A DNA stretch of 63,566 nucleotides, filler included, from Platydemus manokwari (GCA_037951405.1; 6 parts of 6 records of this genome joined end to end with filler, not necessarily neighbours in it), one strand, 5' to 3'; positions 24,348 through 39,470 are shown, counted from the first letter of the whole stretch. Numbers and translations: made by a program. The notes: generated from the sequence alone by a model not told the origin.

Positions 24348-27210
24348 GGTGGTTTGAGTATTTGTACATTAATAGTCGTATATTTCTATCTTAGAATAAT
24401 AATTCTTGTCAATTCAATGTTTCCTGGAAAATATATATTCTTTAATCAACGACATTATCATTTTTATCCATTAACAGTTCTTCATTATTATTGTTTTAAA
24501 TATCCTAGTTTTTGGTATATATATAATATATTAAAAGAATTTCTGTATAAAAAATTTTTATGTATATAAAAAATTATCTATATGAAAAAATTAGCTATTT
24601 GTGATAGCTTATTTATAATGTGTATTATATGAAAAAGAAAATATTAATGAATTAATATTAAGAATAAAATTTTATAGAAAATATGATAGTTTCCAACTCT
24701 AAAATAGAAATAACTCAAATAGCGTACTTTGAGATTGAGATAACGTACTTTTATTAACATGATTTACACAAATTATCTTTGGCAAGTATTGATCGGTCAG
24801 TTATAATAAAATAGGAAATTAGATGTAATAGAGATAATAGAATAACTTAAAATAACATTGGAAATTGATTTAGAAATTCTCCATCTTCTGCAGAAAGATA
24901 CTATCTTGAATGAACGATTCGAACAACAAACAAACTTCATCATATTAGACTGATTAGATGTAGAAGAGAGAAGAGTTTGTTTTCATCTCAATTAGTCAAT
25001 TTTCTGGACTTTTGTTCAATTATGGTTGTTTTCATCCGTAGTAGTTTGTTTGAAAAAATATTCAGCAATGCTTATTTAATTAGATACATATTTTATTTGA
25101 TTTATCGATATTTTTGAATTTTATTTGTTCTGTTCGAAAATTTTGATGCAACCTTTTATTTTCATGTTGCTGATATTTTCATTATTATATAATAAACAAA
25201 AAACTAACAGATTATATTTTCATTCCATCGATATTTTCATCCAACCATCTACTGGTACTGGTAAATACTTGTGTTGAATTATCGAACCATGGGAAATAAA
25301 TCATGCAGTCCGTCTAAAACATATTGGTGCTTTATTATTATTAAAACTTAAATCATTTATGACTTTAGTTTGTCATAATTTTAACGATAGTTTATTTTTA
25401 ATTCTTCTGATTATTTTAAATTTATTTCTTTCCTGGCTTTGTTATTTACCTAATTATCTTCCAGTCAATCTTTTATGTCACGATGTTTGTAAATAATAAT
25501 TTTTTGACTTACTAACCGTCATTATTGAATGATATATAAATTAATCGAGAGTTTTAATGTTAAAAAATATAAGTACAACTTTACTTAACAGATATTCTTT
25601 TTCTTAGGTTCAATAAATAGAATAAAAATTTATTCAAATTATTTAAAAATTTTAAAAATAATAACTTTAATTTAATGAAAGAATAATACCGGATTCACGA
25701 CTGACACTCTATCAACGCTTAAAGTATGCTCCAACGATTATCAATAAATTTAAATTATCGTTTCAATATTAAAATTTCTACTTGATTTTAGTTTCAATTT
25801 TCTACTTAAGTTCTGAAAATGCTTGAATATAAATTTTTATCTTAAAATTTGAAACATATTAATCAAAAAGAAAATTGGAAGAGAAAAAGTTTGTTTGATG
25901 TAAAAAGTATTCCGATCTGTTTGAATTATAAACAAAATATGTCAACGATTAAAAATTATAAGTCTAAATATAGTTAATAAACAAAATCTAAAAAGTTTGA
26001 AAAACTTACGGAAGCATTTCCAAACATGAATTTGAATTTTACGATGCATTGTTTTTGGATAGCTATGAAACCATTTGTGCTGCTGTTTGGTGCAGCTGCG
26101 CCACAAGTTAGAGAATTGCTCGAGTTCGAAATCGTTTATAAATGGTTAGTAAAATAAAAATTTGTGATATTAAGTAATTTCTGTTTTTAAATATCAATTA
26201 TGTATTTGGAGAGAAAAGAAACAATTTCAAAATACATATGCCCTTCTAAAATTTGCTTATATTGTGAATTTGGAAAAGTCTCAAAAGTGATCAAATGAAC
26301 TGATGAAAATGACCAAAGGTCTAAACGGAAGCCATTCCTTCTATGTTTATAGTTAATGTTGAATATGCTTCAGAATTGCCCTTTGAATTTTTTTCTCAAA
26401 ATATAATATGCAGCCCGCCATGAGTGTAGCTGAAAAGGTACAAACTACATATATTCCTCGACACATTGAATAATCGACATTAACCTCAAAATACATGGGT
26501 CTAATCATTTATAAATTCGTTGGTCAGGACATAATGTTAGTTAATTTTAGTAGTGACATATTTTAATAATTTTAATGATTTGAAAAAAATTTTATATGAT
26601 TTATTAATATAATTTGATAGAATGTGACCCCAATTGATATCTTACCAGGTACTGCATTTCAATTAGCGATTGCCGCAATACTTTGGTGGATTGTGATGAA
26701 ACCCCATTTTATAAATAACATTGTGAGATATTTTATATGAATTAAATTTCTATTTAATTATAAACAATTTCAATTCACACTTTTTGCAAATTTAATTCAT
26801 ATTTTATTCAGATTTTATTTAATTTTATAAAAAATTAAATTAATGTAATATTGTTGATTGTGATTACACAATAGTTGTGAAATCATTATTTATCTTTGTT
26901 CCAACCAAACCAAGGACAAAGATCAACACAGCACTCTTGCTTCAAAAGGGATCACAATCTATAAAATTATATAAACAAACTATTCGTATTTTTATAGATA
27001 TTTAAAATTAATAAATGTACAAAAGCCACAAATAAAATTTTCACTACGACTTCTAGGTCAACTAATTTATAAATGACACGAGACCTGTATGTTGTGAATG
27101 TAATTGAGGAATAATTCAATGTGAAACGAACTACTTTCATATATTACTGTATTTTTGGTGATAAATTTTAAATTAATTTTAAAATAAACCTTAACTTAAA
27201 GTTAGTTTAT

Positions 27211-27505
27211 ATCTAATTTGGGCTAAAGTTAAAAAAGGGTCCTAAAATGATATTTTAAATTTGTTGAGTGTATTGCAAAATTATATATAGTTAGTTTTAA
27301 TTATATTCTTTAAAAACATTTTGGATTTTTATATTTAAGTAATTAAGAAGAATTTTAGTTGTTTGAAATCAAATATCAAAAAGACTAGAGCTTAAAAATC
27401 TCCTAAAATTTGATTATTTGAAAAAATTAAAAATATAGGTAGAATTGCAATTTATTGAAAATTTTCGAGGACCACTTTTTTAACATTAGAAGCAAATTGA
27501 GAGAT
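27211..27505 (+). mobile_element. MITE-like dispersed repeat, family B (~290 bp, ~30-bp imperfect TIRs)
   Basis: Left end AATTTGGGCTAAAGTTAAAAAAGGGTCCT vs right-end reverse complement AATTTGCTTCTAATGTTAAAAAAGTGGTCCT; body aligns with 63305-63520. Confidence 0.7.
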
Positions 27506-29579
27506 ATTCTCGATTTTTAAAATTATTTTATAAAAATAACCAATGATATTATTAAAAATATCTGTAATTAACTAACTCGATTAATAATTATAAAAATTTA
27601 AATTTAAAAACTCAAATAATAATATAGAAGTGCTGTGAATAGTATGGGAACATGGTTTTAAAACTGTTTTGTCACTATAAGACATTTTATAAAATGAGAT
27701 ATTAACTGATTTGTACGAATAAATCAAACATAGCAGTTATATAAAAAATAAAGTAGTTCAAAGGATCCTTTCTTCTTAACTTAAAACCTAATTTGAAATA
27801 CCTGTAGTTTTCTTTGTGATTGTAAAAAATATTGTAAAAAGTACATTAAAGACTCGTAATTCAAAATCAACTGCTGTTCAAAAATAAAATTCAGTTTAGC
27901 TTTGGAAATTATATCAAACGATAATTTTTCTATTACTAATAAACTTACATGTAAACAATAACATTGTATGATTGCAGTCATAACTGATAATATAATATTT
28001 ATAAATTTAAACAATGCTTGATATCAATTGATATTTCAGAAAAAAACAACCTCGTTCTGATTATTTATTTAAAATTTTAAATAATTATATAACAATTTTT
28101 TATTTCTAAGTTGATTTGCGAATCATTTTGATTGAAGAATAAATCGATTAATTACTATAATTATTTATTGTGAATAATTTATTTCGGTTTCACCAGAAGA
28201 TTTATAGCAAAAATTTTAGAAATTATAATCTGTTAAACCTAATAAAAAAAATTTGATTGACAAAATGAAGTATCTTTCGATACAAAACAAATATAAATTA
28301 TGTCATAGTGGCGATTATAGATGAATAATCTCTACTATACAAACTGTGTGGTAAGTTCATAACTCATCAATAGCATGCCACTCATTAAAATACTACAATT
28401 GAAATTTAAAATGCCGTAATCTGTAGGTTTGTTTGTCGGTAATGATAGAAAATATTTCATATAAAATGAAACACACAATCGCTTTAATATTTGCAATCTT
28501 TTTACATTCAAAACATGAAATGAGGATACCACAAAAATGAATCAAGTCACCGAAGATGTAAAGAAAACCTCTTAAAAAGTACAAGTCATTTCTTTGTGAT
28601 CATGTAGGTACTGCAACTAATTTCATCATCGAAGGCGTTGGAGAGGTTTGTGAAGGTATTGAAATAACCCTTGATTCAGTAGCGCTTAAAAAATTGAAAC
28701 AATATTAATGAGAATCCGAATTATTTTATGACTTAAATTCAGCTTTTAAACTTGCGATTTTTTATTATATAAATAAATTTTTTTCATTTCTGTTTTATTT
28801 ATATTATTAAAAAAATAAAAACTCAAACTTTAAAAAAAAATATTATAATTATCAATGTATTAATCAATATCGTGTTCTGTTAACTTTGATTATTTATCTA
28901 ATTATTATTTAAATCTTCCTAATGAGAGACATCCATTAATTTAATGCTTGCAATATCAATACACCACATAGTCCCATTTTAGTAAAATTAATTTACAAAT
29001 TTTTTTAAGGAAATTTCAGAACCATTTCAGCAAGATTAACGCATATAAAAGTATTTTTATAATTACGCACTAAAGCGAAATTGATTTTGTTTTGAAACTT
29101 AAGCCAAAGAAGCCTGTGTAAAAAAATGAATTATTTGAGGAAACATTGATAAATATATAGCTTCCCCAACTAAAAAATTTTCAACCTATTTTACGATTTC
29201 AATATAAAACCCCTAAATTTAAATATTAAACAAAATTTGGTATAACCTAACTATTACAAATTGAAAAATGTTTGAAATCAATGGGTGTATCTTTTGGTAA
29301 TAAGCAACTATCCGAATAGTCTACAGCTGAATTAGTGCTTCAATTTTCATGCCACAATGCCTTACATTTAATCAAAAGCATTTAGCCTAAAATCTTAAAT
29401 CTCTGTGTAATAAATGGTTACTAAATGTCCGATCAATCATTGATGATTCATTTAAAAATTTAGTTGTAATGGAAAATTCCCTTCAGTCATTATAGCACAA
29501 TGAAGTTTTTTCGGTTTAAATTTTAATTTATCGTGTATTATTAAATTTCAAAATATATTTTTATCGTATTTTGAATTAA

Positions 29580-29650
29580 CACATTGACGGATAGTAGGAA
29601 CAAATGAAGTTCGAAATTGACGGTTATAGACGCAAGTGTCCGTCAACGTC
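29580..29650. mobile_element. Tiny piggyBac-like MITE (TTAA flanks)
   Basis: TTAA|CACATTGACGGATA...TGTCCGTCAACGTC|TTAA; 11/14 inverted-repeat match. Confidence 0.5.
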
Positions 29651-30049
29651 TTAAAATTCAATTTTGGATGAAAAAGAATAAAAACACCTAAATTCAATCA
29701 GAAAATCATCTAATACAATTCAATATTCATTCAATGTTTTGCTTATAAATATCTCGGTTATCTGGATTTACAAAGCACATAGAATGAATCACGGTACCTT
29801 ATTGATAACCAAAGTCTTGAAAGCATATATACGATATCCAATCAAACTTCAAAGTTATTAATCCGGTATAAGCTATCATCAATTAAATATAAAGTAATAC
29901 CTTAATTGCTAATTTTTATATTTATAATTAAAACATTGCCTGTGAGCATTAAAATTTATTGTTTCAAAAGTTACACACGTTCTTATGAATATTTAAACAA
30001 ATCAAAGATTTATCTAATTTAAATCTTGTAGTGCATTCATTCTAAGATT

Positions 30050-32280
30050 GTCATACAGAACTATGAGGTATAAGGCCACACTTACAAAAATCTAAACAAT
30101 TGAACTGGGACATAAAGGCCATGTTTTAAAAAAAAACACTTCGAAGCTCAGTACTTTCCTAACAATGTTCATTACAAATGGTACAGATTGCAAATGGAAC
30201 AGGTTCAGAAAGCTTATCTAACAAAATAGTTAGAAGAGATTACCATCACATTCGAAGCTAATCCAATCACTTTCACTCTAGTGGATGCGACTATTATAAG
30301 TCAGAACCAATTGAGAATATCCTAACGAAATTATATGGTCAATAATTCAAATGAACCAAAGCTAATGAATATTCGGCTAAATCGACATTAAGTATATCCG
30401 ATTGTCAACCCTTGAAATGATTCAAGAATCATAAATTCCCCAATATTAAATCAAAAAGAAATTTAACATATTATACCAATCAATGTAGATATTATAGGAA
30501 TAAACTGAAATAAATTATCAATTTTAAGAAAAATCAACTTGTATTTCAGTCATCTTAAAAGCTGCAGTAAAAGTAGCTGAATCTGCACCCTTCACCATCA
30601 CAAGACAAGACGGAAATGAAAATGAAGAAATCCTTTCTGAACCTAATTGAAACTTCAAGGATATGACAAACATTCCAATTAGCGCAATGCTTTGCGATAA
30701 TCATTAATAGTCAAATACCAATACTGGTTATTAATCACATCAATGAACCCATTAAAATAAAAGAACGTTCAAGCATGTGTCAATGAGCTTACAGAACCCT
30801 TGTTACATCAGAAGATAAAGTAGAAAGACAATTACATGAATTACTCTATCAGAGAAGTGTAGTATTAATCCAATACCTCTGACGCTCAAATATAATCACG
30901 TTGAAGAAAAATAAGTAAGAAGAAGACCATGCAATGACTATCAAAAAGTAAACGAAATAACAAAATTTATTAACTTTTCATTGTTAAATACATATCAAGC
31001 CAGGTACCAGGGGCTCTAATTTTCTCGACTCTTGATTTAATCAATGCCAATCACTGCATTTACAACTGGAAAAAATTGTTATAATGGACACTAATGCCAC
31101 GTATCTAAATTTCATTGAATTACCAAATACCATAGTATACTGAGATGATATTATTATTTTCTCAACCAATTATAACACATTTCTTGAAGACTTAGCACAA
31201 GTATTTGAATGAATAGGACAAATAAAGAAGTAAAATACCTGTCGAAAAAACCAGATAAAACATATATAGAAAACGTGGCAAATTTTCCGTCATCAAAAAG
31301 TAAGAATCAAGTTCAATAATTTTTAAGTTTAACAATATACTTTAGGAAGTTTACACAAAATTGGGCAAGAATCTCCACATAGCTAACTACGTTACTACAA
31401 AAGTTAAACCATTATTTGGTAGGCGGGACGAGAAAAGGTGTGCCAGATCATTTAAAAAATTCAAGTCAAGAACCAATGTTTAGACATCTAATCCTTAAAA
31501 TATCATGTTTAATAACGACAGATGGCAGTAGCTACACCATTGGAGTAGTACTACTACAAAGGTGCTGGCTATCGATGCGGAAAATAAGAAATATTATTGG
31601 AGAACATTAAAGGAGAAGTAAGAAAATGGGGCGAATCGTGTCAAGCATGTCAACCAATGAAAAATACGGGAAGTATATATGGAATACCACTTAAACCAAT
31701 GATAACATCTTCCACATCAATGCAAATGATATCCGTGGACATTGTAGGACCTTTGTCTTTCATAAACAATGGAATAATAGTCATTTGCGATCGTCTTACA
31801 ACATAGCTTGAACCTAATCCAATAGCCAGTACAATTTTTAAAGTCTATATTGATTAAATAATATTCAGACATAGAGTACCAAAGTGTTTTATCACAGATA
31901 GAGGAATCGATTTCCTTAGTAACGAGGTATCGAGAATAGATAATAATTTGCAAATAACTAAATTGAACACCTTTTCATACTAGCCGCAAACTGGTGGACT
32001 AGTAAAACTAACGAAAAACTACTTAATATACTTTCATCATACACCAATAAGGCATACAACTATTCGTTCTTACATTCCATCATACTTGTTGACATATCAG
32101 AACTTCAAAATGTACTTCTTTCTGTCTAATGAATCTACGAGATAACAACTTGCCAATATATCTCAATATATGGATATCGAATATTATGCATTATGAATGA
32201 AAGAAAGATTAGCCAACGCATTTTAAATAGCCAAACACAATGTCAAATACAAACAGGAACAATTTACGAAATATTATGAT
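30050..32280 (+). mobile_element. Highly degenerate Ty3/Gypsy pol (PR-RT-RH-IN)
   Basis: VQIANG (protease-like); RPCNDYQKVNEIT and FSTLDL; IVY*DDIIIFS at 31132-31164; ITTDGSSYTIGVVLLQ; SCQACQ...PLKPM...ISVDIVGPL; TDRG and PQTGGLV. Confidence 0.88.
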
Positions 32281-33080
32281 AAATATCCAAATAATCAATT
32301 TATTAGAAACAATTTTATAATAACTTTCCTTTGGGTCATAATTTTTCATAATTTTCATTACTGTTATCAGTGAGTAATAAACCTTGTATTTGTAAATTAA
32401 TTCATTTTATTTCACTGAAAATCCTGATAATATACCTAAAATGTAGCATGTACTACCAGGTCGTTAAAAATTACAACAATTTCAAATCATTTCTTTTGAT
32501 TAAAGTTTTATTATCTTTTCCATGGATATTATTACACATATTACATATAATAACTATCATAACATTTTAAGAAATTGTTTAAATATTGTGTAAAAACGTG
32601 AATTAAATTTAAAATACATTAATTTGATTTCCATTTAATATTACTCATAAAATTGAAAGTAAAAAGCAAAATTTCATTAAAAACCTTCTATTAACAACAA
32701 ACAAATTCTTGTAGTCAACGGTGATTTGTACTTTTTTTCAAAAAAAAGCAAATTATAAAAGAAAAGATTTTAATCTAATAAAATTATGTGGTATTATAGC
32801 TGTCTAAATCTACAATCACAACCAGAGAAAGTGAGACTGTTTTTGATCACAACCGCGTAATGAGCAAGGATGTAATAACATATCATTTACTGAAGAGACC
32901 CCTCTAAATTACCGTCTTTTGCTAATAAAAAATTAGTAATATGTAAAAAGCCTATTGGTATATCAATTACTTCTAGACACTGAATTAAATGCACTATTGT
33001 GGTTGAAGCATCAACAACCCTATTTCAAATTGCTTTGGCACATGTATTTGCATAATTTCACCTGAGCCGATTATCCAGTT

Positions 33081-33875
33081 TCATGGTTTAACGATTCGAG
33101 TTCTATTTTTGCTAAAAGTTGTATTTGGTGAATTCTGTTTGATAATTTCATCGATGGTGTTGCTGGGACTTTTTGGCAATATTAATAACAGACCGGCAAC
33201 GATGATAGTACTTAGAAACATCCAGAAAAATATTCGATCTAAAACTAGTGCAACAGTTCGCCATTCCCCTGCTCGTTTGTTTGCATTGTCGATATCGGCC
33301 ATTCGACTCATTAGGGTTCTGATGCTTTTCCGTATTTCTGCAACATCGGTTTCTAATGTTTGAGAAAACTTTAGAATCGTTCTTTCCAATTGTGGTGTGA
33401 CATTTGACGAAGAATTCCCATTTTCGACATGATTAGAGAAATTGAAATCATTCTCATCATCTTGAGTGATGATTATTCTGTTATTTTCTAGACAGTACTT
33501 GATGCTACCTGTTTTATTGTTGCTATAAAATGGATACGGATCGGGATTGTTTTCATTAATTGATGAGTAGTTGATTGGATTTCTTGTCTTAATGGTTTCC
33601 TGTTTTGGAGAATTGAGAAATTGAGAATTGATTTCGCCAGAACTCGAAGCAAAATTAATCGAATGATGATCAACATTCTTATTCAACATACGATGATTGA
33701 TATCGGAATATTGATCAAATCTGTTGATGTTTTGATCAGATCCGAATTTGAATCCGACTTTCTTGCAGAATTTTCTATTGTATTTGATCTCCGATTTTAT
33801 GATTTTGATTTTTTCATTTTTTTCAATGATATTCGATGTATCCATGAAGAGTATAAACCCGATTTTTACGATTAT
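33081..33875 (-). CDS. Nicotinic acetylcholine receptor (Cys-loop LGIC) subunit, terminal exon: M3-M4 loop, M4 and C-tail
   Basis: Acceptor ttatttacag at 33885-33876; MA helix and GEWRTVALVLDRIFFWMFLSTIIVAGLLLIL (EW..VA.VLDR..F M4 signature); upstream exons not found before the contig end. Confidence 0.9.
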   Translation of the reverse strand: MIVKIGFILFMDTSNIIEKNEKIKIIKSEIKYNRKFCKKVGFKFGSDQNINRFDQYSDINHRMLNKNVDHHSINFASSSGEINSQFLNSPKQETIKTRNPINYSSINENNPDPYPFYSNNKTGSIKYCLENNRIIITQDDENDFNFSNHVENGNSSSNVTPQLERTILKFSQTLETDVAEIRKSIRTLMSRMADIDNANKRAGEWRTVALVLDRIFFWMFLSTIIVAGLLLILPKSPSNTIDEIIKQNSPNTTFSKNRTRIVKP

Positions 33876-34574
33876 CTGTAAATAAGTCATTTTATTTGAC
33901 CTATTTCTAATTTTAGTTTCAAGAAATCGAATAATTTCACAAACTTCGCTTAATTCTTAAATTTAAAAATATCGATAAATTATTTTTGTGCATGACCCTT
34001 CTTGATAATGTATAACAGTAATTTATGTCGATGAAATATTTAATTAAATTAGTAATAAAATAAAAGAACAAATATATTTTGTGCGAGATAAAGACACTTC
34101 ATGTGAGATACTTTTAAATCAATGAAAATATGATGCCTTTTTTACAGCATTATTAATATATTTATTATTAATATATAAAGTATTATCAAGTCCACAAAAT
34201 TACAAAGAAGCTCAATCGAGATGAATTTGAATTACAAAGCAAAGAATCGGTCATTCACATTTTAATATTAAAGATTTTATTCAATCCAATTTATCAGTAA
34301 AAACATCAAAATAAAAATAAAATTTTTAAAGATTTACAGATTCTCCATTTCAATAAATATTTTAAAAATCATCGAAAAATAACATGATGTGATAAACGTG
34401 AACGAAAAGAAAAGATGCGAATTTTGATCATTCATTTTACTACTAATTATTTTACTAATCAATTTATTTTACTACTGATTTTAAATGAAATTTTAACCAA
34501 TAAAATCTATGCCAAGACAATTGATTTTGAAGAAAACTATTAATCGATGTTTCTGTAATAAAATAATATGTAAT

Positions 34575-34674
34575 NNNNNNNNNNNNNNNNNNNNNNNNNN
34601 NNNNNNNNNNNNNNNNNNTTAATTAATTAANNNNNNNNNNNNNNNNNNNNNNNNNNNNNNNNNNNNNNNNNNNN
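34575..34674. other. Artificial contig linker
   Basis: 44N-TTAATTAATTAA-44N. Confidence 0.97.
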
Positions 34675-34679
34675 TATTG

Positions 34680-34717
<38 letters not shown>

Positions 34718-34780
34718 ATTATTATTATTATTATTATTACTATTGTTATTACTATTATTATTGGCATTATTATTATTACT
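34675..34780. repeat. (TAT)n microsatellite at contig start
   Basis: Long TTA run. Confidence 0.9.
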
Positions 34781-37700
34781 AAAGATATCATAACCATGAA
34801 TGACAATATTATTATTAATTAAAAAAGACATATTTTGATATCGTAAAAAATATTTTAAATTTTTTCTCCAAAAAATGCTTAATAATTAATATTCTCAATT
34901 AATTGTGACAAATATGTTTTATATGATAATGAAGAACATGTTAATATATTCCTCAAGTCCATTGCAACTACATGTTTTGCACATCACAATAAAATTAAAG
35001 CGAAAATAGATAAAATAAACATTTTTCGGGAAAAGACGTAAGCAATTGTGGATTGAGTATTATATATGAATCCACGAAAACCGTGAATAGATGCGACTAT
35101 TATTTGCGATTGGCAATGTTTATTTAATAAAAACACTTCATTGAAAAATATAGCAATTATCAAACAAATCAAAGAAAACCTACTTCTGTTGTTCCTAAAA
35201 TTCCAGTAATAAGAACCAGAAAATAACCCATTTTCAGTTCGAAAACAAACATTGAAACACGACAGATTATCGCTTAATAAAATTCAAATCTAATAATGTT
35301 TATATTAATAGTAATTCAAATAAACATTTATTTACATTAATAACAATTATTTCTAAATCAATTGATTTCTGTTCGGTTATTTTGAATTATTTATTTATTT
35401 ATTTTCATTAATTATTAATTTATTTTATTATAATTTAAGTTGCTTCAAGCTGAAAATTAAAAACATTAAGTTTTATTTGTATTTAACCAATATGTTGGCA
35501 TGTGTGTATGAAAACTGTTCAGGCCTTATAATCACATTCATCAGTGCACGCGTTGGATTACCAAATCATCAAGTACATATTGAGTACAATTTATTGTACA
35601 GGAGTAATTGGAAATTTATGTCAATTCAATTTTTTGTTTTAATTATTTTTTTATCTGGGCTTAATTATTTATAGACTTTGCAAAGAATTACCAATGACTC
35701 GCGAAACAATAACCAATATGTTTTTAGTTGTATCGATCGAATTTTTATGAATTTGGTTGTATAATGTTGTAATATTTCGTGTTTTATTCTTGTCTTCACC
35801 GATTTTATGGGCCTCTGTTAACAATTATAACAATAATAATAATAACATTATTAAATCCAAAAATCAATTTTGTGTTACCTTTATTAGGTCTGTCTTAGTT
35901 CCACTAAAATACTAGGTATCCTTAAACATTGATCACCTTAGGAATCCAAATAATTTGACCAACATCACTTGTCATTTTCTAAAAATTTTCTATTTCTTTT
36001 AATAACAGAAAAAATAGCTTAAATTCACTTCCTAGAAACCCATCGATCTTCGATATATTAAACTTACAGGGAACTGAATCAAGATGAATGAATTTTTAAG
36101 GTCATAATTGGCCATGGAATTCTGAAGAATTTAGTTTAGTGATGAATGCAAATGCTTAGAACTCTTTATAGTCTTGTTCTTCAATTTTATATTTAATATT
36201 TTTGATAAACCATTTTATAATATCAGGTATGTGGTGGTGGCACCAGTTTAGAGTTTAAAAAGATTTTCTATTATTAAACTTTGAGAAGTAATTGAAAATT
36301 ATTTTGTCGTTTGGTTACACTTGGTCTTCCAGTAAGATAGTGGATGACCTTCTTCTGTACACTGATAGAAATTGTGGAATATTGACTTCGCCCTTATACG
36401 TTAATTGGTTGATGTAACAGCGACAATCGTGATAGTGAAATAATGGCAGCGAAACTCTGTCAGAGAAAATAATATCAGTAAAATTGTGGCGTGTTGATTA
36501 TGATTACTACTTTATATAGGCAGCAGTGAATCACTCACAGATAATTTCTGCGATTAAATCTAGTGCCAGTGAATTTATTATTTTATCGATAGAATTTATT
36601 CACTAATGAGAGAAATTCTCTCTGAATATATTTATTAGACAGCGAAAATATCTATCAATTAAATTTAATCGAGTGATTATTTTATTTTGTGATAGAATTT
36701 AAATGCGCGAAAATATATGACAATTTATTAATGCGCGATATCTTATTGTATATTAATATTTTATTAATTAATTTATTATTTTAGGGAATTTCAACCGTTT
36801 TGCTTTAAGTGGGTTTATTGATATTATTATTTCACGTATATATATATTGATGAGTAAACTTTTTATTTTAACTTTAATAATTCACAGACATAGGGTACTT
36901 CTAGACGTGTGGTCTTTTAAAATCACACAAGAGTCTCCGTATTTTGTTCCTCACGGTCATTTTTTGTTGAAAAGCTTGTCCGGTCACAATTATTGTTAGA
37001 TTTCTTAAATTGGTGAAGAATGTCATGGCCCAAATCCAAACCTATGGCTGAAGTTATCCCACCAATATCTGATCTTTGACATTGTTTAACTCTTATATTT
37101 AGTGCTTCTATATACAAATATAAATGTGATGATAAAAATAACTTAAGGGCTTACGTATATATTATAATCACGACAATACATTAAGTATAGATAGTAGGGA
37201 ATGTGTGGCGCGACTCTTTTTTGTTTTGTAAGGAATTGTGCTCTTCGGACAATTGACAAACAGTGGTGATAACTATTGCCACCAAAATCTGAAAGAAAAT
37301 GAAGATCATAAAAATTGAATCTTATGGAGTATGTCAAATTTTCAACAAGAATTTTAAGTTTTTAATTTAAACGAAAAAATTCCCATGTGAACATGGTACT
37401 AAGTTGTCTATTAAAAGTTTATTCAATATTTCTTTAAGTTGGTTTAATTAGATTGCTTAGAATTGAGTTTTGCTTCTGCTTTTTGATTAATTGAATCCCT
37501 CTGCCTAGAATTAAGTATAAGGGTCTGTCTGTGATCGAATTGAATGATTCATTACCTCAGAAAGACTCTGTTACTTCTAATTTTTGTGCATGTCGGAATC
37601 CCAATCCCAATGTTATGTAAAAGATCGCATGAATTTTGAATGTATTTATTTCTAAAAGTTTCCATACTAAATTTTCATTTAACTTTTCCGTTTCTAGCTG

Positions 37701-38616
37701 CTGATTATATATAGCTTGTTCTTGCAATGTGATTGATGGATGTCTACATTGAGGTTTACCGACAATGCTGAGTGTATAAGACATTGATATTTTGTACATA
37801 ATAACCAATTCAATGACAGCAGCTATATTTCCAACGGTGTTAATATTTTTAATATTTATATCGAGTTAAATATCAAGATTAATTGACAAAAGAAGTAAAA
37901 ACAAAATATTAGCGAATAAATCACGGTATAGAAATGGAAAAATTATAATTAATCTTAGAAAAAAGCTTGACGTGCAATAATGACATCCATAACAATCTTT
38001 TAATTATAAGACTAAATTGTTTAGAATCAAATCTGAGACCAACCAATTCACAGTAACGCAAATAAATATTTGTCAACGAAATATTAATTTCATAATGATC
38101 ACAAATTGAAAATGATAGACCACGACTAATAATCATCAATGTTCGATATGGATTTCAATATATTCCAGAAGATTAAAACGAAACGATTTTCCTTTCAGAA
38201 ACGCATTGCAAACAGAAAACTTCTAACTGAATAGTTGATAATGCCGACAAATCACTTGTAAACGACTGATTTTCAAAAAGACGATAAACAATAATTAGCC
38301 AATCAAAATTCATTCATCGGGTAAGTCGATTATAATATGAAATTTGATCATTGAAGCATATTTTTCATGAATAATCTAATAAAATTATAAACGATAATGT
38401 CATAAATAAAAATAATAATTATAATATTAATATATTTATTAAATAAATAATAATAATTTATTATAATAAATTATTGTTAATTAATTAATATAATAATAAA
38501 TATTGATTAATCTTAGTAATTATAATATTAATAATTATAATATTAATAAATCAGCATCATTCAACCAAAAACAAAGAAAAAAGACAAACAAAACAATAAA
38601 ACAACGAAAAAATTTA

Positions 38617-39470
38617 TCAGCATTGCATAACCGGTGCAGAAATCTGCGAAACCAGCTCATCACCGCCGATTTTCGCGAAAGACGAAGCACCTCGTTTCAA
38701 GAAAACCACATCTTTCTCTGACAATTTCTTCCCATTAATCGGATCGATCATTGTTTGTTTGACCAGATTGTTGTATGCTGCTTCTGTGATGATTGAACTG
38801 CTCGATCGCAAAGCAACGAGAGCAGTGGCATTGGTGAGAATATCACCGGTGACGGCGCATTTATATTTGGCTTGATCATCGGGATTGGAAAATTTTGTGA
38901 ATTGAATGGAGAAAAGATCTTTGTAACGCAATGGTTCTTTCGTTACTGGACATCGAACCAGTGTATCGGGTTTGGTGACTTTGTCCTTTTTCGATGATGG
39001 GGCACCGGAATTCGACCAGAAACAACGATCTTCTATGATTTTCTCTTCAACACTCAATTTGCCCACTGAGTTTGTTTCGATAAATTTCCTATAATAAAAA
39101 AAAATAATACATTGATTGTGAGAATAAAACGGCACTTTAATTTAATTTCATTTTTTTCTTTTAAAAATTTCTCTGCATCTTCAACTTCTTTCAATTTTTG
39201 ATTATCGTATTCCTTCATTTTCATATCGATGATATTTCTTTGTTCAAGAATGTATTCCAACACAGCCGTTCTATCAAATAAAACGCCGCGTTTGGATACA
39301 AGAAGATCATCGCTTGGTTGTAAAGTAATGCAACAACAATCAAATTGATAGCCTGATTCAGCACCTAATCTTCGTTTACGAGATCCATATCCTGATTTTT
39401 CACTATCCTTCTTTTTTTCATGATAGGTATATGTAGAGTGAGCCGTAGCATTTTTTGAATGTCTTGTCAT
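38617..39470 (-). CDS. NOSIP: Nitric oxide synthase-interacting protein (U-box/RING-like E3, spliceosome factor), 268 aa, 2 exons
   Basis: MTRHSKNATAHSTYTYHEKKKD...GYG...FDCCCITLQP...LFDRTAVLEYI; exons 39470-39136 and 39088-38617 with a 47-bp GT-AG intron (807 nt, in frame); C-terminal CPVT..PL..KDL, CAVTGDILTN, LKRGASSFA. Confidence 0.95.

Noticed and set aside
33109-33881. Plus-strand ORFs opposite the nAChR exon (similarly opposite Serrate and NOSIP)
   Set aside because: Antisense shadows of real coding exons.
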